This document shows positions 9,125 through 19,188 of a stretch of DNA of 64,000 bases, in pieces. The stretch spans positions 53,884 through 117,883 of the forward strand of contig JAHHIK010000007.1 in NCBI GenBank assembly GCA_019358935.1, written 5' to 3'. Below the pieces are notes generated by a model. The model was given only the letters and a program-made list of their open reading frames with translations. It made no database searches and was not told the DNA's origin. Origin of the DNA: Tolypothrix carrinoi HA7290-LM1 (lineage in GTDB: Bacteria > Cyanobacteriota > Cyanobacteriia > Cyanobacteriales > Nostocaceae). The position numbers were made by a program, and so were the translations under genes. Within the stretch, counting starts at the first letter, position 1, and every line of letters starts with the position of its first letter.

Positions 9125-12019
9125 ATGCTAGATAAGCATAAGATTGATCAGCTACTGAACGCCTGGTTGGATTTCTTTTATCTGGAAAACCTTTCCCATG
9201 CTGAAGTTGATGCTGCCGACGATGATAACCAAATCTTGGACAAAGGCATCTCCCTGGTCGGCGACAATCTGCTTATAGAAGAATCTTTATTTAAACAACT
9301 CAAGCAACAATTCCTCGCGCTCAAGAAGAAAGGTAAAAATAATGACTTTCAAATGGCTGTAGCTTTGCCTCAAATTTGGCGGGCAATTGAAGGCAGTCGC
9401 CGATTTTATCCCCTGTTTAAGATTGATATTTCCAGCATCTTTCAAGGCAACTACCGCGCTAAAGGTTGGGATTTGAATTCTTTTGAGTTCCAACCCGTTC
9501 CCCCAAACTTGATGGAATTGTATCAGCTTGACGAAGAAGAAATCGAAGCCTTAGTCATAAAAGAAGGTCTCAAGGTCTTCTTAGAAACCACCTTTAAGCA
9601 ATCTTTCACCAGCCTGCAAGACTTTCTTGACCTTGTTGACTTGCCAGTCAAACCTTACACAACCAAACGCGCTCCCTATCTGCTGCACTTTGACTTCGTT
9701 GCTTACAATTACAATCTCAAAAAAGACTTACAGAAAATATTAGAGCAGCCGCAGTGGGAGTGGGCAGAACCAGGTCATCCCGCTTATGAGTATCTGTTTG
9801 GGCAACCCCAACCACCACACCATGAAGTGCTGTTTCTGGGTGCTTTTCCGACTCATCCCCCCACGGACTCTCAAGCAGTGGCTCTCAAACACACCCAAGA
9901 GAACCCCATCACTGCCGTTATTGGTCCTCCAGGAAATGGCAAGACTACCTTGCTGTTGCACAAACTAGCCCAGCAAGTGGTCAAACGGGCTGTGCAGTTG
10001 GCGCAAACGGGACAAGATGAAAGTAATTTGACCCTAGTTACCAGTACGAACAACCGGGCTGTCTCCAATGTTGAGCAACGATTAGCTCAAGACTTCCCAA
10101 CCAACCGATTTTATTTATCAGGAGGCTCTAAAGAGTTAATCACAAAACTTGTTATACCCAAACTGCAAGCCGCCATTGATTGGTTACAAAACGAGACTTT
10201 TAACGAAACCGAATGGCAGGGAGTGTCTCAAAAACTGTTAGCAGGAGTCAACCAACTGCATTCTCAACTAGAGCTTGACCAAAGACAACTTCAACAACGG
10301 GCAGAGGATGAACAACTGCTTCGAGAGCTTGTTGGGGATATTCAAGCAAAGTCTCTTGAGATAGAAACGCCCCAGATAGAGCAGCAACTTCAAGAGCAGA
10401 TACCATATCCTGAACCCGACTACTCCCAATTCCCCCTAGAAGCCTACCAGATAATCAAGCCGCATTTGGACAATGCCAAGCGATCGCTCCCGCGTGTAGA
10501 CCACTCCCAATTTAATGGTAAAGCTGGTAACTGGTTGGTTCGAGTCCGATATTGGCTCACGAAACTTTGGCAAAAGCTGACCAGAACCACTGAGCGACAC
10601 ATTCTACGAAAGTTGCACAAACAGATTTCAGCTCCGGTTCTGGCTACCCTAGCAACACCCTTTCCCTTTCAAATTCCTCTCACCAGGGAGTCTCTGTCTG
10701 CTGCTTGCTCCTCTGTCGCGTCGCAGCTAGAAGCAGCACACCAGTGGCACACCAAATTTCAGAAATTGGCTGACACTCAAACCCATTTAGACTCGCTCCA
10801 ACGCCGTCAAGATGACCTTGTTGCTCAGAAACAACAAGTTGAAAAACGGTTGGCTGGCTATCCCACTCAAGATTTTTACACTCGCTTCTACACCGAACAG
10901 CACCCGCTCGCTGTGCAATTATTTGAGTGGTCTTGGCAGTATCTGCAACTCCAAGCACTACGACGCAAGCATGAAGTTATTGCCTCCTTAAAGACTTACA
11001 TTAGTGTTTTGAGTGGCGAATGGGAGGCTTTTCGCTCCTTTGGGCGTGACTGGCGAAATATTTACTCTGACCTCAGCTTGCTGTTTCCAGTTATCACTTC
11101 AACCCTGCACTCTGTCCGTAATCTACTGCCCTATCCTGACAGTGGCTGTATTGACCAGTTGATTGTCGATGAAGCCGGGATGATTCCCGTCCATCAGCTA
11201 TTTCCTGCCCTCGTCCGCTGCAAAAAGGCTCTTGTGGTGGGCGACCCCTTGCAGTTGGAGCCAGTCATTAGCTTTAGCAAACAAACTCTAGAACAATATT
11301 GCACGCAGGCTTTTTTCAAACGGGGACTGAGTGAGTCAGACTATGACCGTTACAGTCCGACAGCTTGCGACACAGCAACCGCGTATCACCGAGCAGCAGG
11401 AGCTAGTGGTCAATCGGGAGACTTGGGCAAGGGAATTATTCTTAAAGAACACCACCGCTGTGTTCCACCCATTATTACTTTTTCAGATCGCCTCTGTAAC
11501 TATGGCTTAATCATCAAAACCCCAGCCAAAGCTTCTGCACTTGGTTCCAACCTAATTGCTTACCACGTCGAGGGAAAGTACGAATCCCACACAAACCCTG
11601 AAGAAACGAGAGCCGTCGAAGCGATTATTGAGGAGCTGCTTAAGTATGGTTACTGCATTGACAAGCCAGACAATGAAAAAACAATTGGGGTAATTTCGCC
11701 TTATCGTCGTCAAGCCAACGCCCTTGGGTCTCGTTTATGCTCACGCTGGGAAGATTTTAGCAATAACAGTATTGGGACAATTCACACCTTTCAAGGGGGC
11801 GAGAAATCGGTGATTCTCCTATCTACTCGCCAGTGCCGTAAAGAAGATTCGCTGTGGTTTATTAATCGCCGTCCCAATTTACTGAATGTCGCAGTAAGTC
11901 GTGCCAAAGAATTATTCATTTTGGTGGGGAATTTAGAGCATCTGGAGCAAGGAGGTGGCTACACCAAGATGTTAGTGGAACATATTCGGCAGCACGGAGA
12001 GATTCGGTTGTTACCGTGA
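9125..12019 (+). CDS. Superfamily 1 (DNA2/NAM7/Upf1-like, AAA_11/AAA_12) helicase
   Basis: GPPGNGKTT (I), STNNRAVSN (Ia), VDEAGM (II), VGDPLQLEP (III), EHHRC (IV), GTIHTFQGGEK (V), NVAVSRAK (VI); coiled-coil insertion. Confidence 0.88.
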   Translation: MLDKHKIDQLLNAWLDFFYLENLSHAEVDAADDDNQILDKGISLVGDNLLIEESLFKQLKQQFLALKKKGKNNDFQMAVALPQIWRAIEGSRRFYPLFKIDISSIFQGNYRAKGWDLNSFEFQPVPPNLMELYQLDEEEIEALVIKEGLKVFLETTFKQSFTSLQDFLDLVDLPVKPYTTKRAPYLLHFDFVAYNYNLKKDLQKILEQPQWEWAEPGHPAYEYLFGQPQPPHHEVLFLGAFPTHPPTDSQAVALKHTQENPITAVIGPPGNGKTTLLLHKLAQQVVKRAVQLAQTGQDESNLTLVTSTNNRAVSNVEQRLAQDFPTNRFYLSGGSKELITKLVIPKLQAAIDWLQNETFNETEWQGVSQKLLAGVNQLHSQLELDQRQLQQRAEDEQLLRELVGDIQAKSLEIETPQIEQQLQEQIPYPEPDYSQFPLEAYQIIKPHLDNAKRSLPRVDHSQFNGKAGNWLVRVRYWLTKLWQKLTRTTERHILRKLHKQISAPVLATLATPFPFQIPLTRESLSAACSSVASQLEAAHQWHTKFQKLADTQTHLDSLQRRQDDLVAQKQQVEKRLAGYPTQDFYTRFYTEQHPLAVQLFEWSWQYLQLQALRRKHEVIASLKTYISVLSGEWEAFRSFGRDWRNIYSDLSLLFPVITSTLHSVRNLLPYPDSGCIDQLIVDEAGMIPVHQLFPALVRCKKALVVGDPLQLEPVISFSKQTLEQYCTQAFFKRGLSESDYDRYSPTACDTATAYHRAAGASGQSGDLGKGIILKEHHRCVPPIITFSDRLCNYGLIIKTPAKASALGSNLIAYHVEGKYESHTNPEETRAVEAIIEELLKYGYCIDKPDNEKTIGVISPYRRQANALGSRLCSRWEDFSNNSIGTIHTFQGGEKSVILLSTRQCRKEDSLWFINRRPNLLNVAVSRAKELFILVGNLEHLEQGGGYTKMLVEHIRQHGEIRLLP

Positions 12020-12179
12020 GCGCACTCCGGTTCTGGGAACGTGTGCAGTTAAACAAAGGCTTATCCAAGAAGCGATTAAAATATAATAAATATACTTACT
12101 ATGGAATTTGTAAAATCATTCAGCTTTTACACTCCTCCAAAGCACAATTAAACAGGAGAGATTGACAGAGGACAAGCCG

Positions 12180-13919
12180 ATGGCTTACGCAATCTTCCGC
12201 ATTGAAAAACAAAAAACTTGGGGACAAATTGCTGGCAGTGCTGGTCACGCCCAGCGTACCAGAGAAACACCTAATGCTGACCCCAATCAAGAAAATATCT
12301 GGCTGATTGGCAATTCTACACAGGATTTAGTACAGGTTGTGCGCGATCGCATTGGCGAGCAAACGATTCGTAAAAATGCAGTGCTTTGTGTAGATATGTT
12401 ACTGGCTGCCTCTCCAGAATATTTTCGTCACGACAGTATAGCGGAAGCAGGGGTGTATGAGGATGACAGACTAGAAGCTTGGGTGAAGCTGAACGAGCAG
12501 TGGTTGAGTGAGCGATTTGGCGATCGCATTGTGTCAGCTGTCCTGCACCGAGATGAAGCCACTCCCCATATTCAGGCTCACTTGGTTCCCATTGATGAAA
12601 AAGGCAAACTCAACTGTAATGGCATCTTTGGCTCTCCTAAAATTTTGAGGAAATGGCAAGATGACTATGCCTCGGCCATGCAACCACTTGGTTTAGAACG
12701 GGGGATAAGAGGTAGTAAGGCTACGCATATTGACATCCAGCAATATTACAGCAACATCAACGCTGACCATACGTTGGACATGGACGTGCTGCTCGACAAA
12801 GCCAGAGATAGGGATAGAGCCGAACGTCAGCGTAGGGAGATGGAAGCTACTGCTAAGGCAGCACAAGCGTCAGCTGACCGATTGAGGGAACAAAACCAGC
12901 GGTTGCAATTACAAATTCGCAAGCTCAAGAAGCAACTGGCACAACAATCAGAACAGCTGCAAGACATTCCTCTAGAAGATGTGGCTTATGAACTTGGGTT
13001 GTCAGGCGATAATGATTCGGAGAATCGGTGGGTTGGTGCGGGTATTGCACTGGAAATAAACGGAGCTAAGTTCTCCGACTCTGGGACACAAACCGATGGT
13101 GAGGGTGCGATAGAACTGGTGCAGCACGTTATGGACTATGACTACCCCTCAAGTGTTGCTTGGTTAGCTGATAGATTTGGGGAGACAAAAGCGATCGCTG
13201 CCACCACAGCTAAGTCCCAACGACAAGCAGAGGATATTATTGCTACCAAAAGAGTTCCACAGTTTGAACCACCAGCACCGGATGAAGATAAGTGGTTGGG
13301 GGTGAGGCGCTACCTGGTCGAGACGAAGGGATTAAGAGAAGACTTAGTGGACAAGACGCACTCTGTAGGGCGCATCTATGCTGATGCCCAAGGAAATGCT
13401 GTATTCTTGCAACAAGCTATGGACTACTCTGATGGACAACTTAGGCGGGATCGGGTTACGGGAGCCAGTATGAAGGGAAGTGGCTTTAATGGGTTAGCAC
13501 TCGGTTCAAGTCGAGAATCAGGCTGGTTCGGGGTGGGGCTAGGTCAGGGAGACGTGCAAAGAATTGCCCTAGTAGAGTCTCCTATTGAGGTTTTGTCAAT
13601 AGCTTCGTTGTACCCCAATCCCAAAGTCCCCACTCTCTACTTAGCAACAAATGGAACTGATGCCCTGCCAATGGAGCTAATGCGCTCCTTGATGTCGCGT
13701 GGCGGTGAAATTTTTGTGGCTTATAGTGCTAGTGAGTCGGGGGAAAAGCTGGCTCAACAAGTGATGGAGCAACTGCCAGAAGCAACCAGAGTTAAACCCC
13801 AACTGGGTGAAACTTGGAATGAACAGCTACGAATTAGTCAACAGCAAGTTCGAGAGCAGTCCAATAGACAAACGCAACATAAACAGAAATCTATTGATGG
13901 TGGGGGAATGGAGCTTTAA
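12180..13919 (+). CDS. mobV: MobV (Mob/Pre) family relaxase with C-terminal DUF3991/Toprim-like region
   Basis: MAYAIFRIEK, HAQRTRETPNAD, RKNAVLC, LHRDEATPHIQAHLVP (HxDExxPHxH), GLERG; coiled coil followed by a VESPIE Toprim-like motif. The ATG at 12180 is preferred to the TTG at 12162. Confidence 0.88.
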   Translation: MAYAIFRIEKQKTWGQIAGSAGHAQRTRETPNADPNQENIWLIGNSTQDLVQVVRDRIGEQTIRKNAVLCVDMLLAASPEYFRHDSIAEAGVYEDDRLEAWVKLNEQWLSERFGDRIVSAVLHRDEATPHIQAHLVPIDEKGKLNCNGIFGSPKILRKWQDDYASAMQPLGLERGIRGSKATHIDIQQYYSNINADHTLDMDVLLDKARDRDRAERQRREMEATAKAAQASADRLREQNQRLQLQIRKLKKQLAQQSEQLQDIPLEDVAYELGLSGDNDSENRWVGAGIALEINGAKFSDSGTQTDGEGAIELVQHVMDYDYPSSVAWLADRFGETKAIAATTAKSQRQAEDIIATKRVPQFEPPAPDEDKWLGVRRYLVETKGLREDLVDKTHSVGRIYADAQGNAVFLQQAMDYSDGQLRRDRVTGASMKGSGFNGLALGSSRESGWFGVGLGQGDVQRIALVESPIEVLSIASLYPNPKVPTLYLATNGTDALPMELMRSLMSRGGEIFVAYSASESGEKLAQQVMEQLPEATRVKPQLGETWNEQLRISQQQVREQSNRQTQHKQKSIDGGGMEL

Positions 13920-14216
13920 CTGCTTGTTGGATGTTCAGGCGTCAGCAGGCGATGGTCTCTTATAGTACCGCCGTTGGCACATCAAGGAGCGTCCAGGAGA
14001 GCGCAGCGTCTCCGCGATTGAGAAGTGAAGCCGACGCACAACTAAGGCATCGCTTCCCTTGAAGTTGGAACCTCTTAAAATCAAGAGGAGTGGAGCCTAG
14101 AAGAAGGATGCGGTTATGGAAGAAGGCTCTCCCCAGAAAATTTCATTCCTTCCGTGAGTTCGTAATTCTTTTAGTCCACCATGTGTAGTCCACCATGTGT
14201 CCGTCCCTTGACCACC

Positions 14217-14320
14217 CCATCAAATCACTTCATGCATTTTCATCTGCCAATAACGTTATTGGCAATTATCGCCATCAAATTACTGAATGCATTTTCAGCT
14301 GCCAATAACGTTATTGGCAA
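14217..14320. repeat. Two further perfect parS-like palindromes in a 55-bp direct repeat
   Basis: GCCAATAACGTTATTGGC at 14246-14263 and 14301-14318, each preceded by CCATCAAAT..ATGCATTTTCA.CT. Confidence 0.8.
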
Positions 14321-14598
14321 CGTGACTGTTGAAAAAGGAGAGAACGTAACATTTAGCAAAAATTGTACGTGCTCGAAAAACTGGAAATACGGTTAATCGC
14401 ACTTCTTAAATTCAGGATTACCGCACCTAAATTTTGACTGAATAAAAGGTAGTAACAATACGAATTTATTGGGTACGGTTTTCCCTAAAATGTCTAGCTC
14501 AAAAAGTGGGGTGATGCGGATATCGTTTTGCGATCGCCTAAGAACAACTGGTACGTTATGGATGTAAAATACCCTAACGGTACAAAAATTTATCATGA

Positions 14599-17500
14599 GT
14601 GGATGTAACGCGCCCGATAATTACCATGACCGATTCTGAGGCTGATAACCAAAAACTACAAACGCAACTCGCCCAAACGTACCGTCAGCTACCACCACTA
14701 GAAGAAAAGATTGTTCAATTGTTCTCGGTAATTTACGAACCGATCAACAGAACTTCGTTCTTAGACTGTTTGAATTACATCGGTGCGCGCGATCAAAATT
14801 ACAAGCCTTTCACTAACGCTACATTAAAGCCCTATATTGATGGATTGCTAGCAGCAGGCTTGCTGGTTCAAGAACAAGGACAGGGGCCTCAGTGCCATCC
14901 GTTACTGGTAGAGATTGCTACTCGCTCGGCGGTGAAAGCTGGCTGTTTTGAAGTCATGGCAAAAACGGTGCATGATAAGTTAGGAGTAAAAGCTCGTTGG
15001 CAAGATGGGCCACTGTATTTCCAGAGCGCGAGCCAATTTATCAGAGAAGTTCGTATTGGTCTTTACAGCCAGAACCTCAGTTTCATTAACAAACAGATTG
15101 AAGATTACAACAGATACAATAACAGCAAAGACAAGATATCCATAGAAAATATCTTCGAGCAAGTATGCACTAACCCATTCGATGCAGATTGGTTTCGCAC
15201 CCTGCCACAAGAATTGTATGACAGCTGCATATCTATCATCCTCATCAATGCAGCGCTCTTATGTTCTCCCGCAGATGTTGCCTTTGCCCTACTTCAAGAA
15301 GAATGCGCGACTTCGAGTGGACATTCCTCAGATTACTTGCACCTAATTTTGACAGAACAACTGCTGCTACGGGGTTGTATACAAGAAGCACAACAGAGTT
15401 TGGAGCGCATATCCGACGATTATCGAGCGGAAGCCGCCGTATGCAAGGGTTGGTTGAATTTTTTACGTGGCGATAATCAGCAAGCGATCGCTGATTACAC
15501 TGCTGGGATCAAATCCCTCAAGAAAGCCACAGGCAAGCGTCAGGTGTATTTTAGCACTATGGGCGGCTTGTTTTTTATTTTGGCACTGATCAAAGATGGT
15601 TCGCGGGATAGTCTCCAAGAAGCGCTTGATTACACCAGTCTGCTTGCACGTCAGTCAGACCATTGGCTGAAGTCGATTTATGCACAGTTGAAAATCCTGC
15701 TGCAAGTCCAATTAGGCGATATCGCTCAAAAAGAATTCATCATCAGCAACCGCATCCTGTTAAGAGAAGAACACAACAGCCTAGAAACCCTATTTTTCGC
15801 CCTGTGCCATTACTGGGTAGATGCAGACAGAGCCAAAAAGCACCTGCCCAGATTGTTAGAGGAATTCTACCAACAAGCCGTGGCATCTGGTTATCACTGG
15901 TTGGCGATGGAGAGTGCAGAACTCTTGTCCCGGCTCAAACCGAACAGCAGCTATGAAACTCAGGCAGAAATCCTAGGCGAAGATATCGGTATAGACAGCA
16001 TTATTGACGTGATGCAGCCACAAGAACCTTGGGAGATGTGCTTAAACGCACTGGCAAATCTCCATAAGGAACCGCAAGCACCTGTAAAAGCTGAAGCAGA
16101 ACTGCGCTTGGCATGGTTTATTACTTTCTACCCCAGCAAATGTATCTTGCAACCCCGCGAACAAAAGGTTAACGCCAAAGGCGAGTGGAGTAAAGGTCGC
16201 CCGATAGCCATCAAGCGTTTAAGCGCTCACCTGGGTGAGTTTGATTATCTCACGCCCCAGGATATTCGGGTATGTGGCTGCATTGAAACATTTACGAACT
16301 ATGATTATGGATATCACGGCAAAACCGAGTATACATTCAACGCCAAGGCAATCTCTGCGTTAATTGGACACCCCTTGGTATTTTGGGAAGATGCACCAAC
16401 CACCCGCGTGGAAATTGTCAAGAGAGAACCGGAACTAATTGTCAAAAAAGGCAGACGAGATCGCTTAACTTTGGAATTTTCTCCCAAATTAGAGGCATCA
16501 CAGAATATCCTCGCTGTCAAGGAAACCCCAACCCGCATCAAAGTGATTGAAATTAGTGCCGAACACCGACGCATTGCCGAGATTATCGGTAAAGAAAATC
16601 GGCTCAACGTACCCGCTACTGCCTCTAAGCAAGTCTTAGCCGCCATCAATGCTGTCTCTGGAATCGTCACCGTGCATTCTGACATCGGTGGTGGAATGGA
16701 GGGAGCAGAAGTTGTACCAGCCCAGACTATACCCCATATTCACCTGTTGCCTGCCAATGCCGGATTGAAAGTATCCCTGCTATCTCGCCCCTTTGCCCAA
16801 GGTGGCCCCTACTATCGCCCTGGTACAGGGGGTGAGACTGTGATTGCAGAGATAGATGGTAAGCGGCTGCAAACCAGACGTAATCTGCATGAAGAAAAGC
16901 AACTTGCTAATGCCGCCATAAAAGCCTGTCCCACCTTGACTCGTGCTGAAGAACAAGATAGGGAATGGCTTATAGAAGACCCAGAAGACTGTTTAGAACT
17001 GCTGCTAGAACTGCAAGCATTAGGAGACACAGTGGTACTGGAATGGCCGGAAGGAGAAAAACTGCGTGTCAAGCACCAAGCTGACCTCAAAGATTTTCAG
17101 ATGACTATTCAACGCCAGCAGGACTGGTTTGCTGCCACTGGCGAATTGAAACTGGATAAAGACCTAGTGCTGGATATGCAGCAACTACTAGAACTATTGG
17201 ATAAAACCCCAAGTCGTTTTATCCCCCTTGGTGACGGTCAATTCCTGGCTTTAACCCAAGCGTTTCGCAAACGTCTTGATGAATTGCGGGCGTTTTCAGA
17301 AAAACATAGTAAAGGTATACGCTTTCACCCCTTGGCAACATTAGGCTTAGAGGATTTGGTAGACTCCGTGGGCAAGGTGAAAGCAGACAAACACTGGAAG
17401 GCACACATCGAGCGTCTCAAGGAAGTGCAAAGCCTCCAACCGGAACTCCCCTCTACGTTCCAAGCTTCCCTGCGCGACTACCAAATGTCAGGGTTCAGTT

Positions 17501-18867
17501 GGCTGGCACGGCTAGCTCATTGGGGTGTGGGAGCCTGCTTGGCAGACCAAATGGGACTCGGTAAGACCGTGCAGGCATTGGCTGTTATCCTCAGAAACGC
17601 TCAATCAGGGCCAACCCTGATTGTTGCCCCCACTTCGGTGTGTATGAATTGGGTGAGTGAGGCGCAGAGATTTGCCCCTACTCTTAATATCGTGCAATTT
17701 GGTGGGAGCGTTCGCGAAGCGTCGCCTACGGCGAGTCGCCAGCAATTACTCAACAACTTGCAACCATTTGATATGTTGGTGTGCAGCTACGGTCTTTTGC
17801 AACAGGAAGAAGTATCCCAAATGCTCTCTATGGTGCAGTGGCAAACGATTGTGCTGGATGAAGCCCAGGCAATCAAAAATATGACCACCAAACGTTCTCA
17901 GGCTGCAATGAACCTCAAAGGTAGTTTCAAACTGATTACCACCGGGACTCCGATTGAGAACCACCTCGGCGAACTGTGGACTTTGTTCCGCTTTATTAAT
18001 CCTGGGTTACTGGGTTCCTTTGAAAGCTTCAATCAACGCTTTGCTATCCCCATTGAGAAATTTCAGGATAAACTTGCACGCAACAAACTGAAAAAACTCA
18101 TTCAACCATTTCTGTTGCGTCGCCTGAAAAATCAGGTGCTGGAAGAATTGCCGAATCGTACCGAAATTCTGTTACATGTGGAGTTGAGTCGGGAGGAAAT
18201 GGCTTTCTATGAAGCGTTGCGCCGTGAGGCAATATCTAAACTGACGGAAAGTGAGGCAACTGCTGGCCACAAACATCTGCAAGTGCTGGCAGAAATTATG
18301 AGACTCCGCCGCGCTTGTTGTAATCCTAGTCTGGTGATGCCTGACACTGAACTATCCAGCTCGAAATTACAACTTTTTGCTGAGGTGCTGGGGGATTTAC
18401 TGGAGAATCGGCATAAGGCTTTGGTGTTTAGTCAGTTTGTTGACCATTTGCACATCATCCGCGATTATCTGGATAAACAAGGTATTAGTTATCAATATTT
18501 AGATGGCAGTACCCCAGCCGCAGAACGGAAAAAACGGGTGGATGCTTTCCAGGCTGGGTCAGGTGATGTATTTTTGATTAGCCTGAAGGCGGGGGGTACG
18601 GGACTCAATCTCACCGCCGCCGATTACGTTATCCACATGGACCCTTGGTGGAATCCCGCCGTAGAAGACCAAGCCTCAGACCGTGCCCATCGCATCGGTC
18701 AACAACGCCCGGTGACTATCTATCGCCTAGTAGCGAAAGATACTATTGAAGATAAGATTGTGGACTTGCATCAGCACAAGCGAGATTTGGCAGACAGTCT
18801 GCTGGAAGGTACTGATATCAGTGGCAAGATATCGACAGAGGCGTTACTAGAGTTAATTGGGGTATAA
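14599..18867 (+). CDS. SNF2/SWI2-family helicase with long helical N-terminal region
   Basis: LRDYQ, LADQMGLGKT, LDEAQAIKN, TGTPIEN, LVFSQF, SLKAGGTGLNL, DPWWNPAVEDQASDRAHRIGQ. Alternative ATG at 14626. Confidence 0.92.
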   Translation: MDVTRPIITMTDSEADNQKLQTQLAQTYRQLPPLEEKIVQLFSVIYEPINRTSFLDCLNYIGARDQNYKPFTNATLKPYIDGLLAAGLLVQEQGQGPQCHPLLVEIATRSAVKAGCFEVMAKTVHDKLGVKARWQDGPLYFQSASQFIREVRIGLYSQNLSFINKQIEDYNRYNNSKDKISIENIFEQVCTNPFDADWFRTLPQELYDSCISIILINAALLCSPADVAFALLQEECATSSGHSSDYLHLILTEQLLLRGCIQEAQQSLERISDDYRAEAAVCKGWLNFLRGDNQQAIADYTAGIKSLKKATGKRQVYFSTMGGLFFILALIKDGSRDSLQEALDYTSLLARQSDHWLKSIYAQLKILLQVQLGDIAQKEFIISNRILLREEHNSLETLFFALCHYWVDADRAKKHLPRLLEEFYQQAVASGYHWLAMESAELLSRLKPNSSYETQAEILGEDIGIDSIIDVMQPQEPWEMCLNALANLHKEPQAPVKAEAELRLAWFITFYPSKCILQPREQKVNAKGEWSKGRPIAIKRLSAHLGEFDYLTPQDIRVCGCIETFTNYDYGYHGKTEYTFNAKAISALIGHPLVFWEDAPTTRVEIVKREPELIVKKGRRDRLTLEFSPKLEASQNILAVKETPTRIKVIEISAEHRRIAEIIGKENRLNVPATASKQVLAAINAVSGIVTVHSDIGGGMEGAEVVPAQTIPHIHLLPANAGLKVSLLSRPFAQGGPYYRPGTGGETVIAEIDGKRLQTRRNLHEEKQLANAAIKACPTLTRAEEQDREWLIEDPEDCLELLLELQALGDTVVLEWPEGEKLRVKHQADLKDFQMTIQRQQDWFAATGELKLDKDLVLDMQQLLELLDKTPSRFIPLGDGQFLALTQAFRKRLDELRAFSEKHSKGIRFHPLATLGLEDLVDSVGKVKADKHWKAHIERLKEVQSLQPELPSTFQASLRDYQMSGFSWLARLAHWGVGACLADQMGLGKTVQALAVILRNAQSGPTLIVAPTSVCMNWVSEAQRFAPTLNIVQFGGSVREASPTASRQQLLNNLQPFDMLVCSYGLLQQEEVSQMLSMVQWQTIVLDEAQAIKNMTTKRSQAAMNLKGSFKLITTGTPIENHLGELWTLFRFINPGLLGSFESFNQRFAIPIEKFQDKLARNKLKKLIQPFLLRRLKNQVLEELPNRTEILLHVELSREEMAFYEALRREAISKLTESEATAGHKHLQVLAEIMRLRRACCNPSLVMPDTELSSSKLQLFAEVLGDLLENRHKALVFSQFVDHLHIIRDYLDKQGISYQYLDGSTPAAERKKRVDAFQAGSGDVFLISLKAGGTGLNLTAADYVIHMDPWWNPAVEDQASDRAHRIGQQRPVTIYRLVAKDTIEDKIVDLHQHKRDLADSLLEGTDISGKISTEALLELIGV

Positions 18868-19188
18868 CTGAGAGTTGATGGATGCCTTGCAGCAAGCGGG
18901 TTGTGCAAAGATTTACTCAGATCATATAAGTGGAGTGAAAGCAGCCTAACCGATACCACTTGTTTATTTTAAGTTGCCTGCTTATAAACTATCTCGTGGA
19001 GGCAAGTGCCGATTTCACTTCTTCTTTCCAAAATTTCAGCGTGAAGCGACTTTTACCCCAAATAGGTGTTGAGAAAATGAATTCTCGCAACCTAAAATGG
19101 GTGTGGGGTGGGCGTAAAAAATCCTCGACTCGAATGAAGAGTGAATTAAGCTGGATTTAGCAGACGATATGTTTTAAAGCCTCAAAAC

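Noticed and set aside
12020..12175. oriT for MobV (short GTAAAA/TTTTAC inverted repeat)
   Set aside because: The location is plausible but there is no convincing match to a MOBV nic consensus.
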